Source: Psammoneis japonica
Taxonomy: Eukaryota
Assembly: GCA_008632985.1 (NCBI GenBank)
Contig: QPGO01000044.1
Coordinates: 1 to 64,000 of the forward strand
DNA: 64,000 nt
Reading direction: 5' to 3'
The position numbers and the translations under genes were made by a program. Positions 25,420 through 37,656 of this stretch are shown piece after piece. The notes beneath the pieces are model-generated. The model saw nothing but the letters and a program-made list of their open reading frames with translations. It had not been told where the DNA came from and did not search any database. Within the stretch, counting starts at the first letter, position 1; each line of letters opens with the position of its first letter.

Positions 25420-26398
25420 TCAACCATCAAAATGCTCGGCATCAAATGGCGTGCAGCCCATCATGAGGGCCAACTGTGTGGTGTTGGCCACGGCATGAAA
25501 CACATGGTGATGTGTTTCCTTCACATGGTGGCATCTTTTCTGAAGTGTTCCAAAATGCTTGAACCATCCATTGACAGCCTCATGCCTTGCCCTTGTTGTT
25601 GTTTTCATGGCCTCGTCTGCATTTCTCAGGCCTGATGGTGTCAAGCTGTGCTGGCAGCCGTTGCTGCAGCCACCATCGGCCAGATGCATCTCACCATCTT
25701 CAAGCTCTTCAATGGTCCATTTGCGAGCAATGCTCAGATCTGGCAACCCAGCTGGGTGTGGCCCATTGACCCAAACAATCCACCCTGTTTGAACGCATGT
25801 TCCAATTTCATGCCGCAGCCCAGCACCGTGGAATTTGTGGGAGAACCACATTGGATCTAATGGTGATGGCTCATAGATTCTGAAATCAGTGCCGTTGAGT
25901 GTCACCAAATAAGCACTGCCATTGTCACCAATGAAGTGGTCTTCCCAGTGAATCTAAAAGAAGGTGTCTGCTCACTTGTTTCACGCACATGAGCTCATCT
26001 GGAATGGTGCACACCAAATCCAACTGTCCAACAAGTTGAGTGCCAACCCAAACCCATTTTCTCAGCATGTCTTCATGAATTTTATTACAGATTCCGGCAA
26101 CGACTGTCTCAGATTCATGCAATTTGAGAAAGCAAAGGGTGCACAGCAGGTGAATGGGCAAAAATCCTCGTGGCATTTTTCCGTCGTCTTCCAGAAGCCC
26201 CCACAACTCAGATGCTGCTTCTTGTGGGGTGCAGAAGCATGATGCAAAGTGATGGTTCCACACTGCGGGTGACCCTTTTTGCTTCTGAATGACAGTCTGT
26301 GCCAAGCACTCCATGGCCTCTTTGGGCAGATGCATGATTGGCAATTGCTGGCATGCATGATCAAGTGCCACTTTGGACTTTTTTCCATTGGACCGCAC
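25420..26398 (-). pseudogene. DDE_Tnp_4-type (Harbinger/ISL2EU-like) transposase remnant
   Basis: VTLNGTDFRI (DGTD decayed), WFSHKF.GAGLRHEIG, WVNGPHPAG, LADGGC (ADGGY), RARHEAVNG. Probable intron near 25960-26015. Confidence 0.85.
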
Positions 26399-27303
26399 GT
26401 GCCACCTGCCATTCTGGTTCTTTGTTGAGAGTTGTGCTTGTTGTCTTGGGCGCAGTTTGGGTTCTCATTTGGAGAGGCCTTTTGTGAGATTCTGTCGTTT
26501 GTGACGAAAATGCAAAAAAAATGCGATTCCGGTGCGGTTTCAGAATGGTGACTTCGAAACAAACGCAAAAGGCAAGTTTGGGTGTCCTCATCTCAACCGG
26601 AACCAGCACACTGACTGCTCCAAGGCATGCTCTTGGCTCAACTGACACAGCAGCAGAGCTGCAACATGTGGTGCAGCATTTTAATCCCACGATCCATTGA
26701 TGGCGGGGCTTCAAAGAAATTCACTTTTCTGCAAATCGAAATGAAAACGCCTTTTCATGGATGAAGAGCACACGTAAACTTGCTGCTGAAAAGACAGAAC
26801 GAACTTGCATGCTGAAGTTTGCTGTCAGTGCCATTGTCATCATAAGCTGTGGATGCATTTGAGCCAATCATTTCTCATTTGAGACGGCCCAAAGTCGTCG
26901 TTCTGGAGCCGGAAATTGTTTTGTGTGTGATTTGTGAACGATTTTAGTGCGGTCTTGGAACGTTTCTCATGTGCTCTTGAGGGAATCTAGGCCCCCCCAC
27001 AATGTCAAGAGGCTCTTTCTCACTTTTGGCAGTTGGGATTCTCTCAAATCTCATTTTGGCGGTTGGGTTTTTTCAGATTTGAAAATGGCAGTGTCAGCCG
27101 GGAAGTGGTGAGGTGGGTTGGTCATGACCCATTCAAAAATGGGGTTCTCGTTGCTGCCCATTGATGCAAATGCGGATCTTGACCCCTCTCAACTTTGCAC
27201 CATCCATCCTGTCATAAAAAAGAGAAAACAAAAGAAACACCATGCCCAAACTCAATCAACGAACCAAATCGGTTCTTGACACGGAGGCCGCCGGTCCCCT
27301 TGT

Positions 27304-28418
27304 TTGTCCACAGTGGCGCGCAAGGGATTCGCCGCCTGCAAAGTCCTGAAGGAGATGTTGATGGAGGGCAAGACAAGCCCCGGCGCAATGCCAAAAGAGA
27401 TCCAGCAGATGCATGCAGAGTTCATGTGCCATCCACTGGACAGATTCCGTGCTGGCTTGTGCAGGCTCAAAGACAAAACCGGGTTCAATCTTCGTCGTGT
27501 GATGAGTGCCAACAATGAGAACCCTGACGGTGAGTTTCGATCATTGATTGTGTCCCTGCATGAATGTGCAATGGTTGGAAGTGACGCCACATCGTTGCTG
27601 ACACTTGCATTTTCATTTTGACCACACGCTGCATGCGTTGTTGTTGTTCTCGCCGTGCTTCACCAGACACCGATGATTCCGACGACAAGCAGCTGTTCTC
27701 AGGCAGCCTTGACAGCACTCGTCAGATGAACACATCAGCTCCAACTCCTGCCAACAACAATGATGCCGCTGGCATTGTGAATGGAGCTGGTGTTGCTCTT
27801 GTGGTGGAGGGATGTGGTGGTGGGCAAGGAGGAGGTTGGAAGAGCTTCAAACCCATGGTCTTGCAAGCCACTTGCAAGAACTCTGTCACCAAGACCAATC
27901 ACACCATGTTGCTTGTTGTGGCTCCATCTGGTGTTTGCACCATGGTCTTCTCTGGCATCCAGCTGTCTGTTGTGGGCAATGGAATGATGTTCAGCTGCGT
28001 TTCCCAATGGCCTCAGCACTCCATGGACATGGATGCTCTCCATGCAGTTCTCCTTTCTGAAGCTTCTGCTGAAGGGGGCAGCCATGGTGGCGATGATGAA
28101 CTGCATGACATGTGCAAGCGCCTTGAAGCTCTTTCAGATGAGCTGGCTTCAATGAGGCAGTCTGACTCTGAGGTCCTGTCTTCCACGGCTGTCATTCCCT
28201 TGCCAATCCAGGTCTCCAGGAAAATCAACAAGGTCAATTTGTTGGGTGGGTGCGATGGGTCCAGGGTCATTCATGTGGACCTCAAGTCGGAAGATTCAAC
28301 ATGCTGCGCTGTGGAGAATCCAAAAGTCAAATTGATTGATGCTGCAGGCGACGGTCTTGGACTCATTGGTGACAATTGGGAGCCTTCATGTTGGCAGACA
28401 GGATGCACACGCATTTGA
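27304..28418 (+). pseudogene. Second (accessory) ORF of the Harbinger-like element, function unknown
   Basis: Two protein-like ORFs between the TIRs, joined by a probable GTGAGT...CAG intron (~27530-27665). Start uncertain. Confidence 0.5.
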
Positions 28419-28660
28419 CTCAATGCACAGACCAGGATTTGGGATCATCAGTGACTGATTGGTGTGAGAAAATGCTGCTTCAGACAATGGTCTTAGCACA
28501 ACCAGTTGTTTGTGTGAAATGCACAACTCGGCTCAATCTTTGGCTTGTGCTTCGTCGGCATGTGGTGCCGGCACGGCAACATGCAGTCGTCGTCTGCTCG
28601 TGTTTTTCATCAAAAAAATGCGTGCAAACGATGCAAGACGTTTTTTCCAGCAGCTCCCAG

Positions 28661-31600
28661 ACTTGGTTTTTCATTTTTCTTTATGACCCATTTTTTGTTC
28701 CTTTCACATGAAAAGATGCAGGAAGTCGAAGCCAAATTGCGCGAAACACATCAGGAAAGACTTTCTCCAGTGTTGCTGCAGCGCAGCCAAGCACAATCCA
28801 ATGAGATGAGGTGGCACCACTGTGTTGAAGAGTGTGGTTGGTTGTGTGGTCATGGTGATGCAGTGGCCAGGACATGAAACTTTTGTGTGTGCCATCACAC
28901 AAAAATCTTGCATTTGCCACAAACAAGAAGTGCGCACCAACAACAGCGGCAACAGCACAAAGGAAACACATCCTTGGCATCAGCCAGCACTGGGTTGCTG
29001 CCAAGGGAGGGTGCACTGTGACATTTTTTTCTGCTCACAATTGCTGGTGCCAGCAACTTTGCAGGGTGCAGCACCCACTGTGAACAGGAGTGTGTGTGCT
29101 GCTGCCCCTCTTGTTGGGGGGCAACAGGCAGCGTGCTGTTGCCCCAGCTCTCGCATGCCAACAAATGCAGATGCTGTGCAACCCTGATGGCCTTCTCCAT
29201 TTTTCTCCTGCTCCTCCAGCCCCTGGCACAGGCTTCACCCTGACTGCTGACATGCCAAGGACAAGCAGCCATCTCCCAGCCCTTCCACAACGTCTCTGAG
29301 CTTGGCATCTTTGGAAAGCAACCCTCTCTCCAGCACGCATTTGGCAATTGACAGAGCATGTGCCAGCTGTCTCATCAAGAACATGCAACCACACATCTTG
29401 TTGAGTTGGGTCTTCCTTTTAACATCAGCTCAGAACCAACTGTGTTTGCAGGCTCCTTGATTCTAAGTTGCACCCCACTTTGAACAACTTGTCATTTCAT
29501 TCTTGCCCACAATTTCAATCTCAGCCCTTCATCACTCCTTTGTTGCATCTCTTGCCACCTGTGGTCCAGCATTGGTGCATGAAACATCCTTCTGCATGTT
29601 GTCTCTCTGTGTTGTTGCTTTAAAAGCAAATCTTTGTTAAAGAGCCATTTGTTCTTGACAAATGATCACACTGCACCCTGTCTTGTTGTTTTCATTCATT
29701 GTGTTCTGGATTTTATCCTTTGTTGTGCAATTTATGTTCACACACCAGTTTGGTTTGTCACCATGGCTGTGACTTCTTTTGCACCATTGCCAGCTGCCAC
29801 CAGCTGCAAGAGCAGCTCTTCTCCCATGGGTGTGTCCCATCCATCCTCTTTCTCCTTCCTTTTCTCATCTCTCTTGCATTTCTTCTCAGCCTCCTTGGAC
29901 AAGTTCACTTTCTCTTGCCTCTGTTCCTTGAGTCATGCACCAAAACCTTGGTTGTTCTCTCTGTCTTGCTTTGCTCACTTGTGCACCAGTTCATTGCATT
30001 TCTGGACGCCCTCCTTGCTCCATCCTTGGCTCTCCTCTTTGCTGATTTTCTCCTTCCCTGTGCTGCACATTTTGCATCTGTTGCATCTTTTGCCATCAGC
30101 TTTCTGCGTCTGGCAATGTCATCATCCTCCTTCTTCAATTTTTCCACCATGTCAATCAACTTGTCACAGAAGTTTTTCAAGCACCCCAGCAGAGCAAAGG
30201 CCTCAGATGATGTGGTTGGCCACCAACTGTGCCTGGCCCACCACAGCCAGCACTGCCATTTCTAAGAACCATCCACATGTGTGTCTTTGTCAGCCCTGCC
30301 CTTGATCAAATCTTTGCACTTCACCAGTGACAACCCCTCCAGAGCAAATGCTGCATGGGTGCAAACAATGGAGTTTGCACCAAATCTGCTGGACAATCCA
30401 AGCAACCAACCATTGCATGTCAGCATTTGTGTGACTTGCCTGACATCCTCCTCCTGACATTGTCCTCTGCACATTGTTGTTCCTCTTCCTGTTGAGTTTG
30501 TCCTGAGCACATCTTTGTGTGTGTTCCAAAATGCTTCTGGCACCAATGCAATGCTTCTCAAGAACTCCTGCAGAACCACTTTGATGTGCTCTTCTCCCAC
30601 TGTGAGTTCTTTGTTGAAGATTGTGGACTTGTGGCATGGCCACACACACACTCATTGATGACCTTTGTCAACATTGACCCAATCAATTTTGTGATCCACT
30701 GCATGATGTCCCTCCACAGGAGTGACAACAGAACTTGAGCCACTTTTTGCAAACTGGAATCAGCTCAACTTCTGATGCTTGTTTGTTTGTGCACTCAACA
30801 AGCCCACAAGCACAGCACTCATGGTTGCTGCAAAGCCCACCAAAGTGGCCAACCCTGACTTGTTGGTGACAGTGTCTCTCTTTGCTGTGCCCTCCTCATC
30901 ATGACTTGCAGCTTGACACCACACTCCCACCATCTTGCATTGTCACTCCTGCAAGAACTGTCCCCTCCATCTGCTTTCCTGCTCCAATTGGCCATGCTTG
31001 TGTTTCTCCATTTTGGCATTGTTGGCTTCTCCCAGTTTCTTTGAAACAGGTCTCTGCATCAGTTTTATGAGCACATTTCTAACTTGACATTTGAATTTTT
31101 CAAAACCTTCTGCTATTTTGAATTGTGCTCCACTGCAAAAACACACAAGTGCAAAGTCTTTTTAACTGTTTCTGCACCCGCGGGACAAAAAATTTTGTCC
31201 CGGCATTTTCTCTGTTCAAATCAAGTGTGGTTGCCATTTCATTGTCATTTTTGTGTTTAACCACATGTTTCTTGGTGTAAAACCATGATGTCATTTGAGA
31301 ATGGAAAATGTTGACTTTCCTCTTTGTCAGCAACTTCAGAAGAATGACTCGGCTTGACACTTTTTGACCTGCAGACATTTGGTTTAGACGCTCATGAAGC
31401 AGGGTGCACAGCCCTGCCTGCAAAACCCATGCACAATGCAAAACTTTGAACGGGGCCAAAGATTTCAAAAATTGTTGCCAAAAGTCACTTTTCCATGGTG
31501 TCTGCATGCATCCCCTGTGTTTTTTGGGTTTGTGCAAGGCACAGATCTCTTTGCAATTGTCCAAACTGCAGGTCTAAAATCTGTTCTGGGGCTTGCAATG

Positions 31601-34600
31601 CCATCAGACATCACATTTGTTTGCTTTGTTTGAGTGCAAGAGTTTTGTTGTTTGTTTTGGCATTCTTTGCTTAAATGCAGCAATTGCGTGAAATGGCATG
31701 GGTGCAGAAAAAGTCAAAGTTTGGTTTGTGGCTGAGGGCAGCAGTTGTTCATTTCCTCATCTTTTCTGATGCCCTCCTGTCGTCAATGCACCACAACTTC
31801 ATTCAGCACAACAAATGCAATGCTTCTGTCTCCAACTGGCACAACTGTTGTCCAAAGAGAGCAGCTGCACCTTCAAGCAATGGACATCTGTGTGCACTCA
31901 GCACCAACCCACTTTCTGCCAGAAAATCACACACTCTCTGCTCCCATCACAGCTGGTTGAAGCTGGTGCTGAAATCACATTGATTTTGTGGTTGCAATGA
32001 ACTGCCACAATTGCCAGAATGCATGTTCCCTCTGCTGCTGTCATGTGCCAGAGATCAAGCATCAATTTGGTCATGTTGCTGACAGCAGCAGTGTGGAGTC
32101 ACATGGAGGCATGGTGAATTTTGACTTTTCCACCAAGGTTTTTTGCCACCCTGCCCTGTTGGCCACTCTTTCCAGCAGCACACACAGGATCTTTGATCTT
32201 GGTGGTGGTTGTGGCAACTTTGCAATTGCTTGTCATTTGCTTGTTCACACCAGAGCCAGGCATGCATCAGTGTCAAGCTGGTGCATCATCCTCATCACAA
32301 GTTGGGTGGTGTCTGGTGTGCTGGCATCTGGCCCAACACAGCACCCCAGCACTTTTGTCAATTGGTCCTTCCTTGATGAAGATGATGCCATGCATGGTTT
32401 GCATCATGGGACCAACACCAAGTGTTTTTTTTGCTGCAGCTGCAGATGGATGCTGTTTGATGACAACGCATTGCAAAATTGCCTGGAGGAGATCTTGACA
32501 AATGATGGTTTGGTTCTATGATCACCCCCACAAATGGAGTCACGAATCCTTTTTTGTTCCTGCAGATGAAACAGATTTGTCATGGCATGGTGGGGTTGAA
32601 ATGCATCTCCTTCACACCACAAGCGCACACCAAAAAAAGAGATGATGTCATCAAGCCAAGGCAGTCATTGCAGCAGAGAAATTCACAATTCACCCAAAAA
32701 GGAACAAGCCAATGATGAGATGCAGCAAGAAATGGAACTTGGTCATCCTGAACAAGTGAGTGTTCACTGTTGTGCATCAAAGGCAAGCTTTTGTCTTGAA
32801 AATGAGCAAAGCAATGCGGCACATGAATCCACCTTTCCAGTTTTTGCATGACAGTCCTTCCCACATGTGTGAAATGCACAGAACAAAAGCAAGTGATGCA
32901 ACAACTTCAGCAGATTGTCCACTCTGCAATCAACAGATTTTTTGGCCACTGTTCCCTCCTGTGCAAGTGTCATGAAGGATTCAGGAAGATTGTTCTTCAC
33001 TTCCATGCAAATGGTTGTGCCGGGCAATTTTGTTTTGGTGAGAAGGCATTGTCATCCATTTGCACATCTTGCACGCAAAAGTTGTCCTCACCCTTTGCAG
33101 ACCCTTCCAGCAAGCCATCGGGCCAGGGATGGACAATTGATCTGCAGAAGTGATGAGTTGTCAATGCTTCTGTTGCAATGATTTTGTCTCTTTCCAGATG
33201 ATTTTTGGCACAACAGAAAGTGATGGTCATCCAACTGTTTGGAAAAAGGTTCCCAGAATTTGGACCAAGTGACCATGCTGATGCATTTGTTGCATCACAT
33301 GTGGTGCATGATGCTGGACCTCACATGGATCATGTGGGACATCCAACCACACCTCTTGTGGTTTTTCAGCTGGCAGTGGTGCAGCAACAGATGCAGCAGT
33401 TTGGTCAGTTGCAGGTTGTTCATTGTTCAGTGGATAGATCAGCAGAACCATCATCCTCATGTTTGGGTTCACTTGCAAAAGATTTGGTCATTTGTTCCTT
33501 TTGTTGCTTCTTTCCCATAAAAACCCATCAGCCACTGTTTTCTTTTTGCTGTCAAAGGAAGAATCACACCTCATCTCCAGCAGTTTTCTGCCAGCCAGAA
33601 TGTGGCCAATGACAATGGCCAACACAAGCAGCTTGCTCATTTTCTCATCACAAGTTGAGCTTGGCTGGCCAAGAAGGGTGGGAAGACCACCATTCACTCA
33701 CAAGCATGGGTGGTCATGCCTCTGACCTGGACACAACACCAAGCTGTGCAGAACAATTCCAAGGACACCCCATCATGTTCCTCTTCTGTTTGTCAGGCAT
33801 TTCTCCAGCTGTTGCCTCCATCATTTGAGGGATGACACCTTCCCCTGTCATGTGCATTGTGTGTCAGAGATGGTCATGCCGAATGCACCACGGGGGTTGT
33901 CACCCACGACAATGGGAAAATGCACATTGTCAACAGTGTGCTGACCAAAAACTTTCCTGGGTGTTTTGGAGCATGTTTTCATTTGCCAATGCAGGGAAGA
34001 AGAAAGCTCGTTCTTTGCCTTCTTTTGTGCAGTCATTGTGTGGTGCTTTTGAGGAACTTGTTTCACATGCTGATGCCAATGGCTGTTGTCTTTGCCAGGA
34101 TCATGACCCAATGCAGAGACAGTGAGCAACTCAACAAAAGCTTGGTTGAAGAGCTTGCAAGCATGAAGAGGATCATCTGCAAGGCATGAGGGCACATGGC
34201 AATTGTGCATTGTGCAACAATTGTTCCATCTTGCTTTGGCTCATGACTCTGCCACAAATTTGTTCTTAATTGAGGATGTCACCCAACAGGGAGCTGCAAT
34301 GCATTGTGGCTCTCACATGCTGGCACTCAGCTCCAATGATTGCATGAACAATGGGTGGATTGGCCTGGCAATGCAGCAGTGCACAAAGCACCATCTTTAG
34401 AATGCAGCAGCAATTGGCAACAACAAGGGACCCAGACTTGTCCTTCTTGTCTTGCTTGTCTGCATTTGGAATGAACCCAAGAGGATGCCAGCAACAAGAA
34501 TCCTGGTGACTGCCTTCTTGAGTCATTGCAAGTGCCCACATGAAGGGCTCTCCATCCCATGTGGATTGAAAACAATGACGCCATTCTTGTTGGAACAATT

Positions 34601-37470
34601 GACAAGGTGAACATGAAAATTGGGTGCAGTTTCCCAAGCATCATTCGAGCAACTTTGGATTTGGAGCCACTCTCCATCTCTCACATGTCTTGCCATTGAG
34701 CCAACAATTGCCAGTCACCAGGACAATTTGGAAACCAGGTGTGGCCACTGTCAGGGGGGTGTCACAATCTAAATCACTCTCCCCAGGAGGAGGGCACATG
34801 TGGCAACCAAACATCAATTGGATTTACCTGCAACTTTGAAAGATCATGGAAATTAGGCTCTGTGAACAGGTCCTGCAGAGTCTCAATGAAATTACAAACT
34901 GGGAAACTGTTGGTGAATTGGATTGTTGCACTCAAGCATCACAGTCACAGTGTGGGGGAGAGGCACACTGGGGAACAGCTTCAGAAGTTGCTTCATTTCC
35001 ACAGGAGTTGCAGTGGGAGGCTTTGTCAAATCCAGTTGCTTTTTGGTGTGCTCTCTGTGAACCATTCTCATCACTTTGTCAATTGCAACACCAAGTCAAT
35101 GACAAAATGCAGCAGGTGAGCCATGGGTGCAATGCCAGGTGAGTGCACTGGAGGAACGTCAAAGTCCTCATCAGGGACAAGATTGCACGCCAGTCCTGGT
35201 GGATTCTTGGGAACAACAGAGGAATCCGCAGCCAAGTCATCACCAACAGAGTCAAAGGAGGTGATGTGTCCCCCCTGCCAGATGTGACATTAAAGGAGGA
35301 CCCCAAGCACTGTCAAGAGAAGTGGCTGCAACAAACTTGGGAGCATCTCCTGCAGGACTGTTCTCTCCAAGGGCAGATGCACCATCATCAGAAAACAAGA
35401 CAAATTGGCAAATGTTTGCAGCAGCTGCCTTGGCAGCAGCAGATGAGCAACCTGAACATCAAACAGAGGGGTTGCAGACTGTTTTCAATGGTGGGAGAAC
35501 CAACAAGAGAGTCATTGTCAGAGTGTGCAGGAGCAGGTGGGTCTGGATGATTCAAGCGGACTTCAGGAAGGGGTGGGAGGATGGGGTGCATCATTGGCAC
35601 AAAACTGGGCATGGGGGGGTCATTGACAAAATTGCCTGCTGCACCCTTGTCTGGAGGGGAAAATGCATTGACAGCATTGGAAAAAGCAGCAGAGCATCAT
35701 GGGGAAGCATCCTCCTTCTCATGGCAGGGTGCACACTTCTGGAGATGCTGGGCAATGTTGGAAAAGGGAGCTTGGCAATGGGGACATTTTGGTCAATTGG
35801 CAGTGGACCCAACAGAGGCAACAGAGGCGCAACATCCCAAGGAAGCAAAGCAACCCCAAAATCCAACCAGACAGGGAGGATGTTTCAGTTCTTGCATGTG
35901 ACTGCATTCTGGGGGAAGGGAGAACAGCAAAAGCAGTGTGGCAACATGAACACAAAGGTGATGCTGCACCTGGTTTTCCAAGTCAAAACCACATTGTCCA
36001 CACAATGAAGACAACCAAAAGACTTGGTTGGACCAAGTGAAATGGCACAGTTCTTGGTGGCAAGATGACAACAAATGTTGCACTTGGAACTGAACCCAGA
36101 ATGTTTGCAACATGGACACACAAGACCATCTGACTTCATCACCAATGAAATGTGACAGACAAAAATGAAGGCAACAATCGACTGAAAAGAATGTGCACAA
36201 AGCAAACATCAATCCCCAAGTGCAGCAAGCAATTGGCAAAAAGCAAGACCACAAGCTGACAGCAAATGAAGAAGAACAACACGGGGGTCATTGCTGCAAC
36301 AAAACAAAGGATGGCCAACTTGACATGTGACTGCAGAGTTTTGGATCCGCAGGTGTTGGGTGCACTTTGTTCAGGACATGAACACAAACAACATTGCACT
36401 CTCACCCATGCAGCAGAAAAATTGTTGACCGCATGAAGGGAGACATTTGTTGTCAAATGTTTCACAAATGCAGATTTGTCAAAGTGGCATCATCTCATTG
36501 GATCAAACGGAAAAATCACCTGATTGCAAATCAAACATTGTTGATGGCGGGGACAAGACCCAGATTGTTGGTGGCCCAGATGACTCGTGTGCCAGCTGAC
36601 ACAGTGGTTGACTCAGCTGGTCATTTCCCAGCACTCCTGCTTTGCTTTCCCACAGCTGCACAACAAAATTCAAGCCCAAGGCTGTCAAGCAGACCACTCT
36701 GGCTCTTGTTGCCTTGGGCACTCTTGTGTGTGAGACAGCAAAGGGCAACTCTGACAACCCCACAAGCCCATGGTGTCCCTTGGTTTTGAGATGATGCCTG
36801 GCTTTTTTGTGGTGACATTGCTCCCAACACCTGTCAAATGTTTCAGCCAGCATTTTGTCATTGTCTTCGCCTTTCTCAGCACATCACCATGGCGCTTTTG
36901 GGGTTTGGGAGCTCACCATGCTGCCATTTCTTTTCCCAGCAGCTTCGGAGATGACACAGCAAGTCTTGCACTGACCATGCATTCAGCCATGATTGACACA
37001 AGCAAGTCAAGTTGTGTCTCTCTCCCTCTGTGACTCTCCTTCTCAACTCAGAAGAGAGTGCTTTTGCAGCAGCAGCCCACAAAAAAGAGCAGAGAGAGAG
37101 AGAGCCTTTTCTCCAAGCAGCCATTCGTGTGAGCACCCCCCCCCCCCAAGAGAGAGCCAGCAGTGTTGATGGGTTGGACATCTAAACCCAGATTCTCCAT
37201 TTTGGTGCAAACCAGTGGCACAGAGCGCTGGTGTGCTTGGCCAGTGGAGATGACTTCGGCTCGGGTGGGTGTTTGTGTGAGGAGGCAGGCTGGGCCGTCT
37301 TGGCGTGCAGTTGTGCTGGTGCTGCTTCTGCCTGGGCTGAAGCTTGCACCTCTGTTCCAGTCAATGACAGAAGTCTGAAAATTATGGTCATTGTTGAGAT
37401 TGCGATTGCCATTCTTCGATCGGAAAAGTGAGGTTCAAACAGAGTTCGGAGATGGCGCAATGAGTCTTGC
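28661..37470. repeat. Heavily decayed, unclassified repeat/TE-derived block
   Basis: TA and CG almost absent, TG/CA saturated, no intact gene. Only scattered protein-like remnants. Confidence 0.6.
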
Positions 37471-37656
37471 GTTGATGACGCACTCAGTCGTAATCCATGA
37501 TCAAGTTGAATCGTGACTCACATTTTCCTTCCAACGCCAACCAACGGTCGAGAATTTGAAAATTTCGGGAGCCTCAATGCCTGGAATGCGTTGAGCGATT
37601 CGACCCCCACCTCACGACCCTCACAAGAAAGGAGAGCACAATAAGTGCAACAATTG

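Larger units (their letters stand above)
24826..28657. mobile_element. Full-length PIF/Harbinger-superfamily DNA transposon (about 3.8 kb), hypermutated
   Basis: Perfect terminal inverted repeats GGAGCTGCTGGAAAAAACG (24826-24844 / 28639-28657), flanked by CAG on both sides (24823-24825, 28658-28660). Contains a DDE transposase and a divergent second ORF. Confidence 0.88.

Noticed and set aside
34300..34990. Possible Ulp1-like protease remnant (SNDCMNNGWI, NINWIY, QSQCG)
   Set aside because: Motifs are in different frames and too degenerate to support a call.
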